A DNA stretch of 32,000 nt from Mycobacterium tuberculosis H37Rv. GTDB lineage: Bacteria > Actinomycetota > Actinomycetes > Mycobacteriales > Mycobacteriaceae. Both the position numbers and the translations under genes were made by a program. Positions within the stretch are counted from its first letter, which is position 1. The number at the start of each line of letters is the position of its first letter. Under the pieces are notes generated by a model. That model saw only the letters and a list, made by a program, of their open reading frames with translations, was not told the origin of the DNA and searched no databases. Below are positions 17,069 to 31,397 of this stretch, piece by piece. Location of the stretch: assembly GCF_000195955.2 (NCBI RefSeq), contig NC_000962.3:4379533-4411532 (forward strand), in the 5' to 3' direction.

Positions 17069-20000
17069 GACCCTCCCCTGGAGAGGTGCCCACGGCATCG
17101 CAGAGGCAGCCCGAGCTGTCCGACGCGGCGCTGGTATCGCACTCCTGGGCAATGGCATTCGCGACGCTGATCAGCCGGATCACCGGCTTTGCCCGGATCG
17201 TGCTGCTGGCCGCGATCTTAGGTGCGGCGCTGGCCAGCTCGTTCTCGGTGGCCAACCAGCTGCCGAACCTGGTCGCCGCACTCGTGCTGGAGGCCACCTT
17301 CACCGCCATCTTCGTACCGGTGCTGGCCCGCGCCGAGCAGGACGACCCGGACGGCGGCGCGGCGTTCGTGCGCCGTTTGGTCACGTTGGCAACCACCCTG
17401 CTGCTGGGCGCCACCACGCTGTCGGTGCTGGCCGCGCCACTGCTTGTGCGGTTGATGCTGGGCACAAACCCACAGGTTAACGAGCCGCTGACCACGGCGT
17501 TCGCTTACCTGCTGCTACCGCAAGTCCTCGTCTACGGCCTCTCGTCGGTATTCATGGCGATCCTGAACACCCGCAATGTGTTCGGGCCGCCGGCCTGGGC
17601 GCCCGTCGTCAACAATGTCGTCGCCATCGCGACCCTAGCGGTGTATCTGGCGGTCCCCGGCGAGCTTTCAGTCGATCCGGTTCGGATGGGCAACGCCAAG
17701 CTGCTGGTGCTCGGCATCGGCACCACCGCAGGCGTGTTTGCACAGACCGCGGTGCTGCTGGTGGCCATCCGGCGCGAGCACATCAGCCTGCGCCCCCTGT
17801 GGGGAATCGATCAGCGGCTCAAGCGCTTTGGCGCGATGGCCGCCGCGATGGTGCTCTATGTGCTGATCAGCCAGCTCGGCCTGGTGGTCGGTAACCGGAT
17901 CGCCAGCACGGCAGCGGCTTCCGGCCCCGCGATCTACAACTACACCTGGCTAGTGCTGATGTTGCCATTCGGCATGATCGGCGTGACGGTGCTGACCGTG
18001 GTGATGCCGCGGCTGAGCCGCAATGCCGCGGCCGACGATACCCCGGCCGTGCTCGCCGACCTGTCGCTAGCCACCAGGCTGACCATGATCACGCTGATCC
18101 CAACGGTGGCGTTCATGACGGTCGGCGGTCCGGCGATCGGTAGCGCGCTTTTTGCATACGGCAACTTCGGCGACGTTGATGCCGGGTACCTGGGGGCGGC
18201 GATCGCATTGTCGGCGTTCACGTTGATCCCCTATGCGTTAGTGCTGTTGCAGCTACGCGTGTTCTACGCCCGCGAGCAGCCGTGGACACCAATCACGATC
18301 ATCGTGGTCATCACCGGCGTCAAGATCCTCGGCTCGCTGCTGGCGCCGCATATTACCGGTGATCCCCAGCTGGTCGCGGCCTATCTCGGGCTGGCTAACG
18401 GACTCGGATTTCTCGCCGGCACGATCGTCGGCTACTACATACTGCGTCGGGCCCTGCGGCCCGACGGCGGCCAGCTGATCGGCGTCGGCGAGGCGCGAAC
18501 CGTCCTGGTGACCGTCGCCGCGTCGTTGCTTGCCGGACTGCTGGCACACGTGGCCGATCGGTTACTAGGGCTAAGCGAGCTGACGGCCCACGCGGGCAGC
18601 GTCGGTTCGCTGCTGCGGCTGTCGGTGCTGGCTCTCATCATGCTGCCAATTCTGGCTGCGGTCACCCTCTGCGCACGGGTGCCCGAGGCGCGGGCGGCGC
18701 TGGATGCCGTGCGAGCCCGAATCAGGAGCCGGCGCTTGAAGACCGGGCCTCAGACCCAGAATGTCTTGGATCAATCGTCTCGCCCCGGACCGGTCACGTA
18801 CCCTGAGCGGAGGCGTTTGGCCCCGCCGCGGGGGAAAAGTGTGGTCCACGAGCCGATCCGGCGCAGGCCTCCGGAGCAGGTAGCCAGAGCCGGGAGAGCG
18901 AAAGGACCGGAGGTGATCGACCGCCCATCGGAGAACGCCTCGTTTGGTGCCGCGTCGGGTGCCGAGCTGCCGCGGCCCGTCGCCGACGAGCTTCAGCTCG
19001 ACGCGCCAGCCGGCCGTGACCCCGGCCCCGTTTCCCGGCCGCACCCATCCGACCTGCAAAACGGCGATCTGCCCGCCGATGCGGCCCGTGGGCCGATTGC
19101 GTTCGACGCGCTCCGCGAACCGGACCGAGAATCGTCGGCCCCCCCAGATGATGTGCAGCTGGTTCCCGGCGCCCGCATCGCTAACGGCCGCTACCGCCTG
19201 CTGATCTTCCACGGGGGTGTACCACCCCTGCAGTTCTGGCAGGCGCTTGACACAGCGCTGGACCGCCAGGTGGCGCTGACCTTCGTCGACCCGCAGGGCG
19301 TCCTGCCCGACGACGTCCTCCAGGAGACCTTGTCCCGTACGTTGCGGCTCAGCCGGATCGACAAGCCCGGTGTCGCCCGAGTGCTTGACGTCGTGCACAC
19401 CCGGGCCGGTGGTCTGGTAGTCGCGGAGTGGATCCGCGGCGGTTCGTTACAGGAAGTCGCCGACACCTCACCGTCGCCGGTTGGCGCCATCCGGGCGATG
19501 CAGTCCCTGGCCGCGGCCGCAGATGCTGCCCACCGCGCCGGTGTTGCGCTGTCGATCGACCATCCCAGCCGGGTGCGCGTGAGCATCGACGGCGACGTCG
19601 TGCTGGCCTACCCGGCGACCATGCCGGACGCCAACCCGCAAGACGACATCCGCGGCATCGGCGCCTCCCTGTACGCCCTGCTGGTCAACCGGTGGCCGCT
19701 GCCGGAGGCCGGCGTGCGCAGCGGGTTGGCACCCGCCGAGCGCGACACCGCTGGCCAGCCCATCGAACCCGCCGACATCGACCGTGACATCCCCTTCCAG
19801 ATTTCCGCGGTGGCGGCCCGGTCGGTTCAAGGAGACGGCGGGATACGCAGCGCGTCAACGCTGTTGAATCTAATGCAGCAGGCGACCGCGGTGGCCGATC
19901 GCACCGAGGTGCTGGGACCGATCGACGAAGCACCGGTCTCCGCGGCCCCGCGCACATCCGCGCCCAACAGCGAAACCTACACCCGCCGCCGTCGCAACCT

Positions 20001-20619
20001 GCTGATCGGCATCGGCGCGGGTGCTGCCGTCCTCATGGTGGCCCTGCTGGTCTTGGCTTCGGTGTTGAGCCGGATATTCGGCGATGTCAGCGGCGGCCTC
20101 AACAAGGACGAACTGGGCCTCAACGCACCCACCGCGTCGACCTCGGCGGCCAGTTCGGCGCCGCCCGGCAGCGTCGTCAAACCCACCAAGGTCACGGTCT
20201 TCTCCCCCGACGGCGGCGCCGACAACCCCGGGGAGGCTGATTTGGCCATCGACGGCAATCCGGCCACTTCCTGGAAGACCGACATCTATACCGACCCCGT
20301 CCCGTTCCCTAGCTTCAAGAACGGAGTCGGTTTGATGTTGCAGCTGCCCCAGGCCACGGTGGTCGGCACCGTCGCCATCGACGTGGCCAGCACCGGCACC
20401 AAGGTGGAGATCCGCTCGGCATCCACGCCGACGCCGGCAACGCTGGAGGATACCGCCGTGTTGACTTCGGCCACCGCGCTGCGGCCCGGCCACAACACCA
20501 TCTCGGTCGAGGCGGCCGCGCCCACCTCGAATCTGCTGGTGTGGATCTCTACCTTGGGAACCACCGACGGAAAGAGTCAAGCCGACATCTCGGAGATCAC
20601 GATTTACGCCGCGTCCTGA
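17065..20619 (+). CDS. murJ: MurJ/MviN lipid II flippase fused to an intracellular pseudokinase domain and extracellular C-terminal domain (Rv3910)
   Basis: 1184-aa ORF. Multiple TM segments with MurJ-family sequence (ISRITGFARIVLLAAILGAALASSFSVANQLPNLV), a kinase-like region (IANGRYRLLIFHGGVPPLQFWQALDTALDRQVALTFVD), a further TM, and a discoidin-like C-terminus. Confidence 0.95.
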   Translation: MRPSPGEVPTASQRQPELSDAALVSHSWAMAFATLISRITGFARIVLLAAILGAALASSFSVANQLPNLVAALVLEATFTAIFVPVLARAEQDDPDGGAAFVRRLVTLATTLLLGATTLSVLAAPLLVRLMLGTNPQVNEPLTTAFAYLLLPQVLVYGLSSVFMAILNTRNVFGPPAWAPVVNNVVAIATLAVYLAVPGELSVDPVRMGNAKLLVLGIGTTAGVFAQTAVLLVAIRREHISLRPLWGIDQRLKRFGAMAAAMVLYVLISQLGLVVGNRIASTAAASGPAIYNYTWLVLMLPFGMIGVTVLTVVMPRLSRNAAADDTPAVLADLSLATRLTMITLIPTVAFMTVGGPAIGSALFAYGNFGDVDAGYLGAAIALSAFTLIPYALVLLQLRVFYAREQPWTPITIIVVITGVKILGSLLAPHITGDPQLVAAYLGLANGLGFLAGTIVGYYILRRALRPDGGQLIGVGEARTVLVTVAASLLAGLLAHVADRLLGLSELTAHAGSVGSLLRLSVLALIMLPILAAVTLCARVPEARAALDAVRARIRSRRLKTGPQTQNVLDQSSRPGPVTYPERRRLAPPRGKSVVHEPIRRRPPEQVARAGRAKGPEVIDRPSENASFGAASGAELPRPVADELQLDAPAGRDPGPVSRPHPSDLQNGDLPADAARGPIAFDALREPDRESSAPPDDVQLVPGARIANGRYRLLIFHGGVPPLQFWQALDTALDRQVALTFVDPQGVLPDDVLQETLSRTLRLSRIDKPGVARVLDVVHTRAGGLVVAEWIRGGSLQEVADTSPSPVGAIRAMQSLAAAADAAHRAGVALSIDHPSRVRVSIDGDVVLAYPATMPDANPQDDIRGIGASLYALLVNRWPLPEAGVRSGLAPAERDTAGQPIEPADIDRDIPFQISAVAARSVQGDGGIRSASTLLNLMQQATAVADRTEVLGPIDEAPVSAAPRTSAPNSETYTRRRRNLLIGIGAGAAVLMVALLVLASVLSRIFGDVSGGLNKDELGLNAPTASTSAASSAPPGSVVKPTKVTVFSPDGGADNPGEADLAIDGNPATSWKTDIYTDPVPFPSFKNGVGLMLQLPQATVVGTVAIDVASTGTKVEIRSASTPTPATLEDTAVLTSATALRPGHNTISVEAAAPTSNLLVWISTLGTTDGKSQADISEITIYAAS

Positions 20620-20653
20620 CCGGGCCGGGCACGGCCAGCCAGGGTGAAGTGCT

Positions 20654-21322
20654 ATGCCGCCACCGATTGGTTACTGTCCGGCCGTGGGTTTCGGGGGCCG
20701 TCACGAGCGCAGCGACGCCGAGCTGCTGGCCGCCCATGTCGCCGGCGACCGGTACGCCTTCGATCAGTTGTTCCGCCGTCATCACCGCCAGCTACACCGG
20801 CTCGCGCGGCTCACCAGCCGGACCTCCGAGGACGCCGACGATGCGCTGCAAGACGCGATGCTGTCAGCGCACCGCGGCGCCGGCTCGTTCCGGTACGATG
20901 CCGCCGTCAGCAGTTGGTTGCACCGCATCGTGGTCAACGCTTGCCTGGACCGGCTGCGTCGGGCCAAAGCCCATCCGACCGCCCCTCTAGAAGATGTCTA
21001 TCCGGTCGCGGACCGGACCGCGCAGGTCGAGACCGCGATCGCGGTGCAGCGGGCACTGATGCGGCTGCCCGTCGAGCAGCGGGCCGCGGTGGTCGCCGTG
21101 GACATGCAGGGCTATTCGATCGCCGACACCCGCCCGGATGCTGGGCGTGGCCGAGGGCACCGTCAAGAGCCGCTGCGCCCGGGCGCGGGCCCGCCTAGCG
21201 CGGCTGCTGGGCTATCTCAACACCGGGGTGAACATCCGGCGCTGACCCCGTTGCCGGTCCGTCGTAGCATCGATCCACGGGCTCGCCGCTACCCCACATC
21301 TGGCTATTGCCACCGGGCATGA
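20654..21322 (+). CDS. sigM: ECF sigma factor SigM, reading frame as present (C-terminal region 4 out of frame)
   Basis: 222-aa ORF. Region 2 is intact (YAFDQLFRRHHRQLHRLARLTSRTSEDADDALQDAMLSAHR). It then leaves the expected frame after DMQGYSIADT; see the finding. Confidence 0.85.
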   Translation: MPPPIGYCPAVGFGGRHERSDAELLAAHVAGDRYAFDQLFRRHHRQLHRLARLTSRTSEDADDALQDAMLSAHRGAGSFRYDAAVSSWLHRIVVNACLDRLRRAKAHPTAPLEDVYPVADRTAQVETAIAVQRALMRLPVEQRAAVVAVDMQGYSIADTRPDAGRGRGHRQEPLRPGAGPPSAAAGLSQHRGEHPALTPLPVRRSIDPRARRYPTSGYCHRA

Positions 21323-21337
21323 CGGACACTGGGGCCG

Positions 21338-22102
21338 ATGAGTGCAGCCGACAAGGATCCAGACAAACATAGCGCCGATGCGGACCCGCCGCTGACCGTT
21401 GAGCTGCTGGCCGACCTGCAAGCAGGTCTGCTGGACGACGCAACCGCCGCCCGCATCCGCAGCCGGGTCCGCTCAGACCCGCAGGCTCAGCAAATCCTGC
21501 GCGCGTTGAACCGGGTACGCCGCGATGTCGCCGCGATGGGTGCCGACCCCGCTTGGGGGCCAGCTGCTCGCCCAGCGGTCGTCGACAGCATTTCGGCGGC
21601 CTTACGGTCGGCGCGCCCGAACAGCTCACCCGGCGCCGCTCACGCCGCCCGTCCGCACGTCCACCCCGTCCGAATGATCGCCGGCGCGGCCGGATTGTGC
21701 GCCGTGGCCACAGCGATCGGTGTCGGCGCCGTGGTCGATGCACCGCCACCCGCACCGAGTGCACCGACAACCGCGCAGCACATCACGGTGTCAAAACCTG
21801 CCCCGGTGATTCCGCTGTCTCGGCCGCAGGTTCTCGACCTGCTTCACCACACCCCGGACTATGGCCCACCCGGAGGCCCGCTGGGCGATCCGTCCCGGCG
21901 TACGTCCTGCCTGAGCGGCCTCGGCTATCCGGCGTCCACGCCGGTGCTGGGCGCGCAGCCGATCGATATCGACGCTCGGCCCGCCGTACTGCTGGTGATA
22001 CCCGCGGACACGCCCGACAAACTGGCCGTTTTTGCGGTCGCGCCGCACTGCAGCGCCGCCGATACCGGGTTGTTGGCTAGCACCGTGGTCCCCCGCGCAT
22101 GA
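21338..22102 (+). CDS. Putative anti-sigma factor paired with SigM (Rv3912-like)
   Basis: 254-aa ORF immediately downstream of sigM. N-terminal cytoplasmic helical domain, one TM (VRMIAGAAGLCAVATAIGVGAVV), extracytoplasmic tail. Confidence 0.82.
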   Translation: MSAADKDPDKHSADADPPLTVELLADLQAGLLDDATAARIRSRVRSDPQAQQILRALNRVRRDVAAMGADPAWGPAARPAVVDSISAALRSARPNSSPGAAHAARPHVHPVRMIAGAAGLCAVATAIGVGAVVDAPPPAPSAPTTAQHITVSKPAPVIPLSRPQVLDLLHHTPDYGPPGGPLGDPSRRTSCLSGLGYPASTPVLGAQPIDIDARPAVLLVIPADTPDKLAVFAVAPHCSAADTGLLASTVVPRA

Positions 22103-23550
<1,448 letters not shown>

Positions 23551-23590
23551 CCCCCGCGGTTAGCCTGGGGTTTTCCCGAAATCGGCAAGG
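23551..23590 (+). terminator. Possible weak Rho-independent-like terminator after trxC
   Basis: CCCCCGCGGTTAGCCTGGGGTTTTCCC: short C4/G4 stem followed by TTTT just downstream of the trxC stop. Weak stem only. Confidence 0.25.
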
Positions 23591-23659
23591 ATCTGCGACA
23601 ATACCGGTTGGCTGGTCCGCATTGTCAACGATGTGAGCTAATCCCGGAGGGCCCTTGGT

Positions 23660-24880
23660 ATGCCGAGTCCGCGCCGCGAAGACGGCGATGCGCTGCGCTG
23701 TGGCGACCGCAGTGCGGCCGTCACCGAGATCCGGGCTGCGCTGACCGCGTTAGGGATGCTGGATCATCAGGAAGAAGACCTGACGACGGGCCGTAACGTC
23801 GCCCTTGAGTTGTTCGACGCGCAGCTCGACCAGGCGGTCCGTGCCTTCCAACAGCATCGCGGCCTGCTGGTGGACGGCATCGTCGGTGAGGCCACCTACC
23901 GCGCGTTGAAAGAAGCCTCCTACCGGCTCGGGGCCCGCACGCTGTACCACCAATTCGGCGCCCCGCTCTACGGGGACGACGTCGCTACACTGCAGGCCCG
24001 GCTGCAGGATCTTGGTTTCTACACCGGGCTGGTCGACGGTCATTTCGGGTTGCAGACCCACAATGCGTTGATGTCCTATCAGCGTGAGTACGGACTTGCC
24101 GCAGACGGTATCTGCGGCCCAGAAACGTTGCGCTCCTTGTACTTTCTAAGTTCGCGAGTCAGCGGTGGCTCGCCACATGCGATTCGCGAAGAAGAGCTGG
24201 TCCGCAGCTCGGGGCCGAAGCTGTCTGGCAAACGGATCATCATTGATCCCGGTCGCGGCGGCGTGGACCACGGACTTATCGCGCAAGGTCCGGCTGGGCC
24301 CATCAGCGAAGCAGACTTGTTGTGGGACTTGGCAAGTCGGCTCGAAGGACGGATGGCAGCTATCGGTATGGAGACCCACCTGTCCCGTCCGACCAACCGT
24401 AGTCCGTCCGACGCAGAGCGTGCCGCCACCGCCAACGCCGTTGGCGCAGACCTGATGATCAGCCTGCGCTGCGAGACCCAGACCAGTCTCGCGGCCAACG
24501 GCGTGGCTTCCTTTCACTTCGGCAACTCGCACGGCTCGGTGTCTACCATCGGCCGCAATCTTGCCGATTTCATTCAACGAGAAGTGGTGGCGCGCACCGG
24601 TTTACGGGATTGCCGTGTGCATGGTCGAACGTGGGATCTGTTGCGGCTGACCAGGATGCCGACCGTTCAGGTCGATATCGGCTACATCACCAACCCCCAC
24701 GATCGTGGGATGCTGGTCTCAACGCAGACGCGCGATGCCATCGCCGAAGGCATTCTCGCCGCGGTCAAACGGCTGTATCTGTTAGGCAAGAACGATCGGC
24801 CCACCGGCACATTCACTTTCGCCGAGTTGCTGGCCCACGAACTGTCTGTCGAGCGAGCGGGTAGACTCGGCGGTTCTTAA
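23660..24880 (+). CDS. cwlM: CwlM, amidase_3-fold peptidoglycan-synthesis regulator with two peptidoglycan-binding domains
   Basis: 406-aa ORF with tandem PG_binding_1 repeats (RAFQQHRGLLVDGIVGEATYRAL; DLGFYTGLVDGHFGLQTHNALMSYQREYGLAADGICGPETLRSL) and an N-acetylmuramoyl-L-alanine amidase-like domain. Confidence 0.95.
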   Translation: MPSPRREDGDALRCGDRSAAVTEIRAALTALGMLDHQEEDLTTGRNVALELFDAQLDQAVRAFQQHRGLLVDGIVGEATYRALKEASYRLGARTLYHQFGAPLYGDDVATLQARLQDLGFYTGLVDGHFGLQTHNALMSYQREYGLAADGICGPETLRSLYFLSSRVSGGSPHAIREEELVRSSGPKLSGKRIIIDPGRGGVDHGLIAQGPAGPISEADLLWDLASRLEGRMAAIGMETHLSRPTNRSPSDAERAATANAVGADLMISLRCETQTSLAANGVASFHFGNSHGSVSTIGRNLADFIQREVVARTGLRDCRVHGRTWDLLRLTRMPTVQVDIGYITNPHDRGMLVSTQTRDAIAEGILAAVKRLYLLGKNDRPTGTFTFAELLAHELSVERAGRLGGS

Positions 24881-24900
24881 GCCCAGTGGCCGCGTGGGGT

Positions 24901-25635
24901 TTACGACGTGTTGCCGGCCGTCGACCCCGCTGCTATCGGCTCTTGCAGTCGAGCATTCTCCAGCAAGCGTTCAAGAGCGGCCTCGACTTCGGCTTTCCAC
25001 CCCAGCCCTTTGTCCAGTTCGAGGCGTAGCCTCGGAAAGTACGGGTGCGGTGCCACCACGACGAAACCCACGTCCATCAAGAAGTTCGCGTCGATGATGC
25101 AGTGTTCGACACAGCAGTCGCCGAGGGCCTCCAACACCGGCCGCACATCAGGTGTTACCGCGCCCGGGTTTTGCAAATCGGTGGCCGCTGGTGTCCGGCC
25201 GAAAGCTTCCAGCGCCCGGACGCCGCGCCGAACCAACTCTTCAATCACCCGGGCAATCAGACTGTGCGGTAAGTCGTCATCTGCTTGCCCGCGCTCGATG
25301 CCCATCGACGTAAGCAGCACCGCGTCCGCCGACACCGGCGCGGTAGGAAACCGCTGGGCTCGCGGCACCGCACTGGGCGGAGCGTAGAGCACATACCCGA
25401 GGCAGGGTGGTTCGGCGTGGCTGCGCTCATCCGGGACTGCCGTTGCGACCTGACCGCACGAACCCCACTCCAGCATCACCATCGACAACCAGGCTTCCTT
25501 TTCGAATTCGGGGTCGGCGAGGTGGTCGTCTTTGCCGAGAATCGCGGGGTCGACCTCCCAGAAAACGCAGCGTCGCGCATGCTTGGGGAGCTGCTCGAAG
25601 GCTTCGAGTCGTAACGCTGTGATACGAGCGGACAC
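24901..25635 (-). CDS. GNAT-like / conserved hypothetical protein (Rv3916c-like)
   Basis: Track ORF 24901..25665; 244 aa from an internal GTG (SARITALRLEAFEQLPKHARRCVFWEVDP). Conserved actinobacterial neighbour of parB. Confidence 0.82.
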   Translation of the reverse strand: MSARITALRLEAFEQLPKHARRCVFWEVDPAILGKDDHLADPEFEKEAWLSMVMLEWGSCGQVATAVPDERSHAEPPCLGYVLYAPPSAVPRAQRFPTAPVSADAVLLTSMGIERGQADDDLPHSLIARVIEELVRRGVRALEAFGRTPAATDLQNPGAVTPDVRPVLEALGDCCVEHCIIDANFLMDVGFVVVAPHPYFPRLRLELDKGLGWKAEVEAALERLLENARLQEPIAAGSTAGNTS

Positions 25636-25924
25636 TAGTCTCCTGGCCTCCGTGCGGCATTGCAACCGATGGCCCTACACCTCCGCGGGCCAATGTGCAC
25701 CAGCAACCCTTCTAGAATAAGAGAGTCGATCGCTATCGGGCCAGTATTCGCGATGCCACTCCAGCCGACTTGCACCGCATCGTGTCCGGCCGGTGACAAT
25801 TGTCCGGTCCATTGCCCCGTCCAATCTCGAATCCGCTTGCCGCACACCGCGTCTCCGTTGATTCCCGCTCCCCGCAGCGGGTTGGCTTAGGCGCCGGAAC
25901 CGGCGCGTTGTCACAGTGACGTAA

Positions 25925-28700
<2,776 letters not shown>

Positions 28701-28701
28701 T

Positions 28702-28719
28702 CATGTTTCACGTGAAACA
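28702..28719. promoter_or_regulatory. parS centromere-like site (ParB binding), 18-bp perfect palindrome in the gid upstream region
   Basis: ATGTTTCACGTGAAACAT read directly; identical to the site at 27843. Confidence 0.96.
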
Positions 28720-28801
28720 TTCTCCGCTCTCGAGACGCTGGCCCAGCCGCTCGGCCACGCATCGCTTACTGCGGCGTCGGTCGGAGCCGCTGGCTCGCGA
28801 G

Positions 28802-29365
28802 CTAGTCGCGGAGCACAACGACTCGGCGTTCTGGCTCCACGCCTTCGCTTTCGCTGTGCACACCTGGCACCGCTGCAACCGCATCGTGGACGATCTTCCG
28901 TTCGAACGGCGTCATTGGAACGAGTTCCTCGCGGTCACCGGTTTCGGCCACTCGCCGCGCCACCTCGTCGGCCAGCGCCGCCAATTCCTCCCGGCGCCGC
29001 CGTCGCCACCTCGCGATGTCTAGCATCAACCGGCTCCGCACACCGGTCTTCTGATGCACCGCCAACCGGGTGAGTTCCTGCAGAGCGTCGAGCACCTCGC
29101 CCCCGCGCCCGACCAACTTGTTCAGGTCGTCACTGCCGTCGATGCTCACCACCGCACGATTGCCTTCGACATCGAGGTCGATGTCGCCATCGAAGTCCAA
29201 CACGTCCAATAACTCTTCCAGGTAGTCGCCTGCAATCTCGCCCTCGGCGACCAATCTCTCTTCTTGATCGTCGGCCTCGTCAGCATCCGTCGCCGTGTCC
29301 TCCCGGACGCCTCCACCCGGTGCTTCTGCGTCGACGTCGAAGTCGGTGGTGTCAGCGTCGGCCAT
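28802..29365 (-). CDS. Jag/KhpB-like R3H and KH domain RNA-binding protein (Rv3920c-like)
   Basis: Track ORF 28802..29440; 187 aa from MADADTTDFDVDAEAPGGG. GRGGEVLDALQELTRLAVHQKTGVRSRLMLDIARWRRRRREEL plus R3H MTPFERKIVHDAVAAVPGVHSESEGVEPERRVVV. Confidence 0.92.
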   Translation of the reverse strand: MADADTTDFDVDAEAPGGGVREDTATDADEADDQEERLVAEGEIAGDYLEELLDVLDFDGDIDLDVEGNRAVVSIDGSDDLNKLVGRGGEVLDALQELTRLAVHQKTGVRSRLMLDIARWRRRRREELAALADEVARRVAETGDREELVPMTPFERKIVHDAVAAVPGVHSESEGVEPERRVVVLRD

Positions 29366-29436
29366 GGCTTGCTCTCCCCTCGTCTGCAGGCGGGTTGTGT
29401 TTGTGGGACCGCCTGCCCGGCTGCCCGGAAGGATTG

Positions 29437-30537
29437 TCAACGTTTGCGTTTTTTCGGTCGCACCCCGGGCCGCGGCGTACGGGCGCTCGGGCCGCTGTTG
29501 CGTCTGGCCGGATTGGACGTGTCGGCTGGTCGCTCAGTGCTGGCGTCCGACTCTGCCCCGTCATCGGTGTCCCCGGCTTCTGTTGGGGCTGCCGCATTGG
29601 TCGCTGGAGCGGTCTTCGGGCTCCGCTTGGGCTTAGCTCCCGGGGCCGGCGCGTTGGCCGCCCGGCGCCGGACCGCCTCCTGCTTTTTGGCCTCCTCCTC
29701 CTTTTCGATCATGCCGAAGACGTAATGCTGCTGCCCGAACGTCCAGATATTGTTCGAGAACCAATACAAGATGATCGCCAGTGGCAGGAACGGTCCGCCG
29801 ACGACTACGCCGAGCGGAAATACGTACAGCGCCAGCTTGTTCATCATCGCGGTCTGTGGATTCGCAGCCGCCTCGGCGCTCTGCCGCGCGATAGACGCGC
29901 GACTGTTGAAGTACGTCGCGATGCCGGCCAAGATCATCACCGGCACACCCACCGCGATCAACGCAGGGCGACTGAAATCGACGAACGCATCCAACCCGGA
30001 CCGTTGCGTCATGTACGCCCCGATCGGAGCGCCGAACAAGTTGGCATCTAGGAAGTGGCCGACGTCGACCGGGCTAAAGACGTAGTTCCCAGTCAGTCGG
30101 TTCTCGATCACCGACAAGTGTGGTTGACCAAAGCCCCCGGTCGTACGGTTAAACGAGCGCAACACATGATAGAGCCCAAGAAACACCGGAATCTGCGCCA
30201 GCATCGGCAAACATCCGAGAATGGGGTTGAAGCCGTGCTCGCGTTGCAGCTTTTGCATTTCGAGCGCCATCCGCTGACGATCCTTGCCGTATTTCTTTTG
30301 CAAGGCCTTGATCTGTGGTTGCAGTTCCTGCATCTGCCTGGTGGTGCGAATCTGGCGCACGAACGGCTTGTACAGCAGCGCACGCAGCGTGAAGACCAGG
30401 AACATCACCGACAACGCCCAGGCGAAGAAGTTGGATGGTCCTAGCACAAACGCGAACAGCCGGTACCAAACCCACATGATCCACGACACCGGGTAGTAGA
30501 TGAAGTCGAGACTGAAGAAATCAAACAAAAGACTCAC
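29437..30537 (-). CDS. yidC: Membrane protein insertase YidC/Oxa1
   Basis: 366-aa ORF: [87 protein letters not shown]. Confidence 0.97.
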
Positions 30538-30883
30538 GCTCCCCTCGCTTTGACGCAGGGTTCCAGTCGTCGTTCGCGCCGTCGACGTCTGTCTGGCAGC
30601 TCCGGCCTGTCGTTAAGCCTTCCGGTATCGGATCCCATCCTCCCCGATGCCATGGTCCGCACTTTGCGAGCCTGATCATGGTCAACCAGCTTCCCCGCAA
30701 CAGGCCATACTCGGTGAGCGCATCGACGGCGTACTGACTACAGGTAGGGACAAAGCGGCACGACGCCGGTCGTAGCGGCGAAAGCATGTGCCGATAGACC
30801 TGGATAACGAAAATCAACCCCCGCGCTGATGCTCTACCGGTAACCCGGACCACGCGCCCACAGCTTTGCCTAGACAGACTCAC
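30521..30883 (-). CDS. yidD: Membrane protein insertion efficiency factor YidD
   Basis: 120-aa ORF: [60 protein letters not shown]. Confidence 0.96.
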
Positions 30884-31257
30884 CGATCACTACCTGCCAG
30901 TTCGACAGCCCTCCGCAAGCCGCATCGCAGTTGCTGCTCCAACCGAGCCGAGGAGACATGCCGGCTGCTCGGCAGCGCGCGGATCACCACATGATCGGAC
31001 GGGTGGAGTTCTTTGACGATCGACCCAGCCACGTGCCGCAGCCGACGTGCCACGCGGTGGCGTTCCACGGCCGACCCCACCGACTTGGCGATAATCAGTC
31101 CGACGCGCGGCCCACCGCCACTCCCACGCCACCAATAAACGACCATGTCAGACCGCACGGTACGCATCCCGTGCTTCACCGTTGTTTCAAAATCCGCTGA
31201 CCGCCTCATGCGGTTGCGTGCACGAAGCACCGCAAATAAGCCCGGTGTTGCAATCAA
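30880..31257 (-). CDS. rnpA: Ribonuclease P protein component
   Basis: 125-aa ORF: [31 protein letters not shown]...[28 protein letters not shown]. Confidence 0.97.
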
Positions 31258-31397
31258 GCACTGAGCGTGCGCCGACCCTTGCGTCGCCGGCTGGACACAA
31301 TTGACCTCCCGGCGCGGGTACGCATCCGTAAGCGGAAACCGTGAACACGAGCTCGCCGCCGGTTGTTCGGCTGGAAGGTCCTTTTGCCCTTGGTCAC
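31254..31397 (-). CDS. rpmH: 50S ribosomal protein L34
   Basis: 47 aa from GTG: (V)[46 protein letters not shown]; 4-bp overlap with rnpA. Confidence 0.98.

Noticed and set aside
23552-23660. Possible small gene or RNA between trxC and cwlM
   Set aside because: Only a short spacer with a weak hairpin; no coding signal or convincing structured RNA could be supported.
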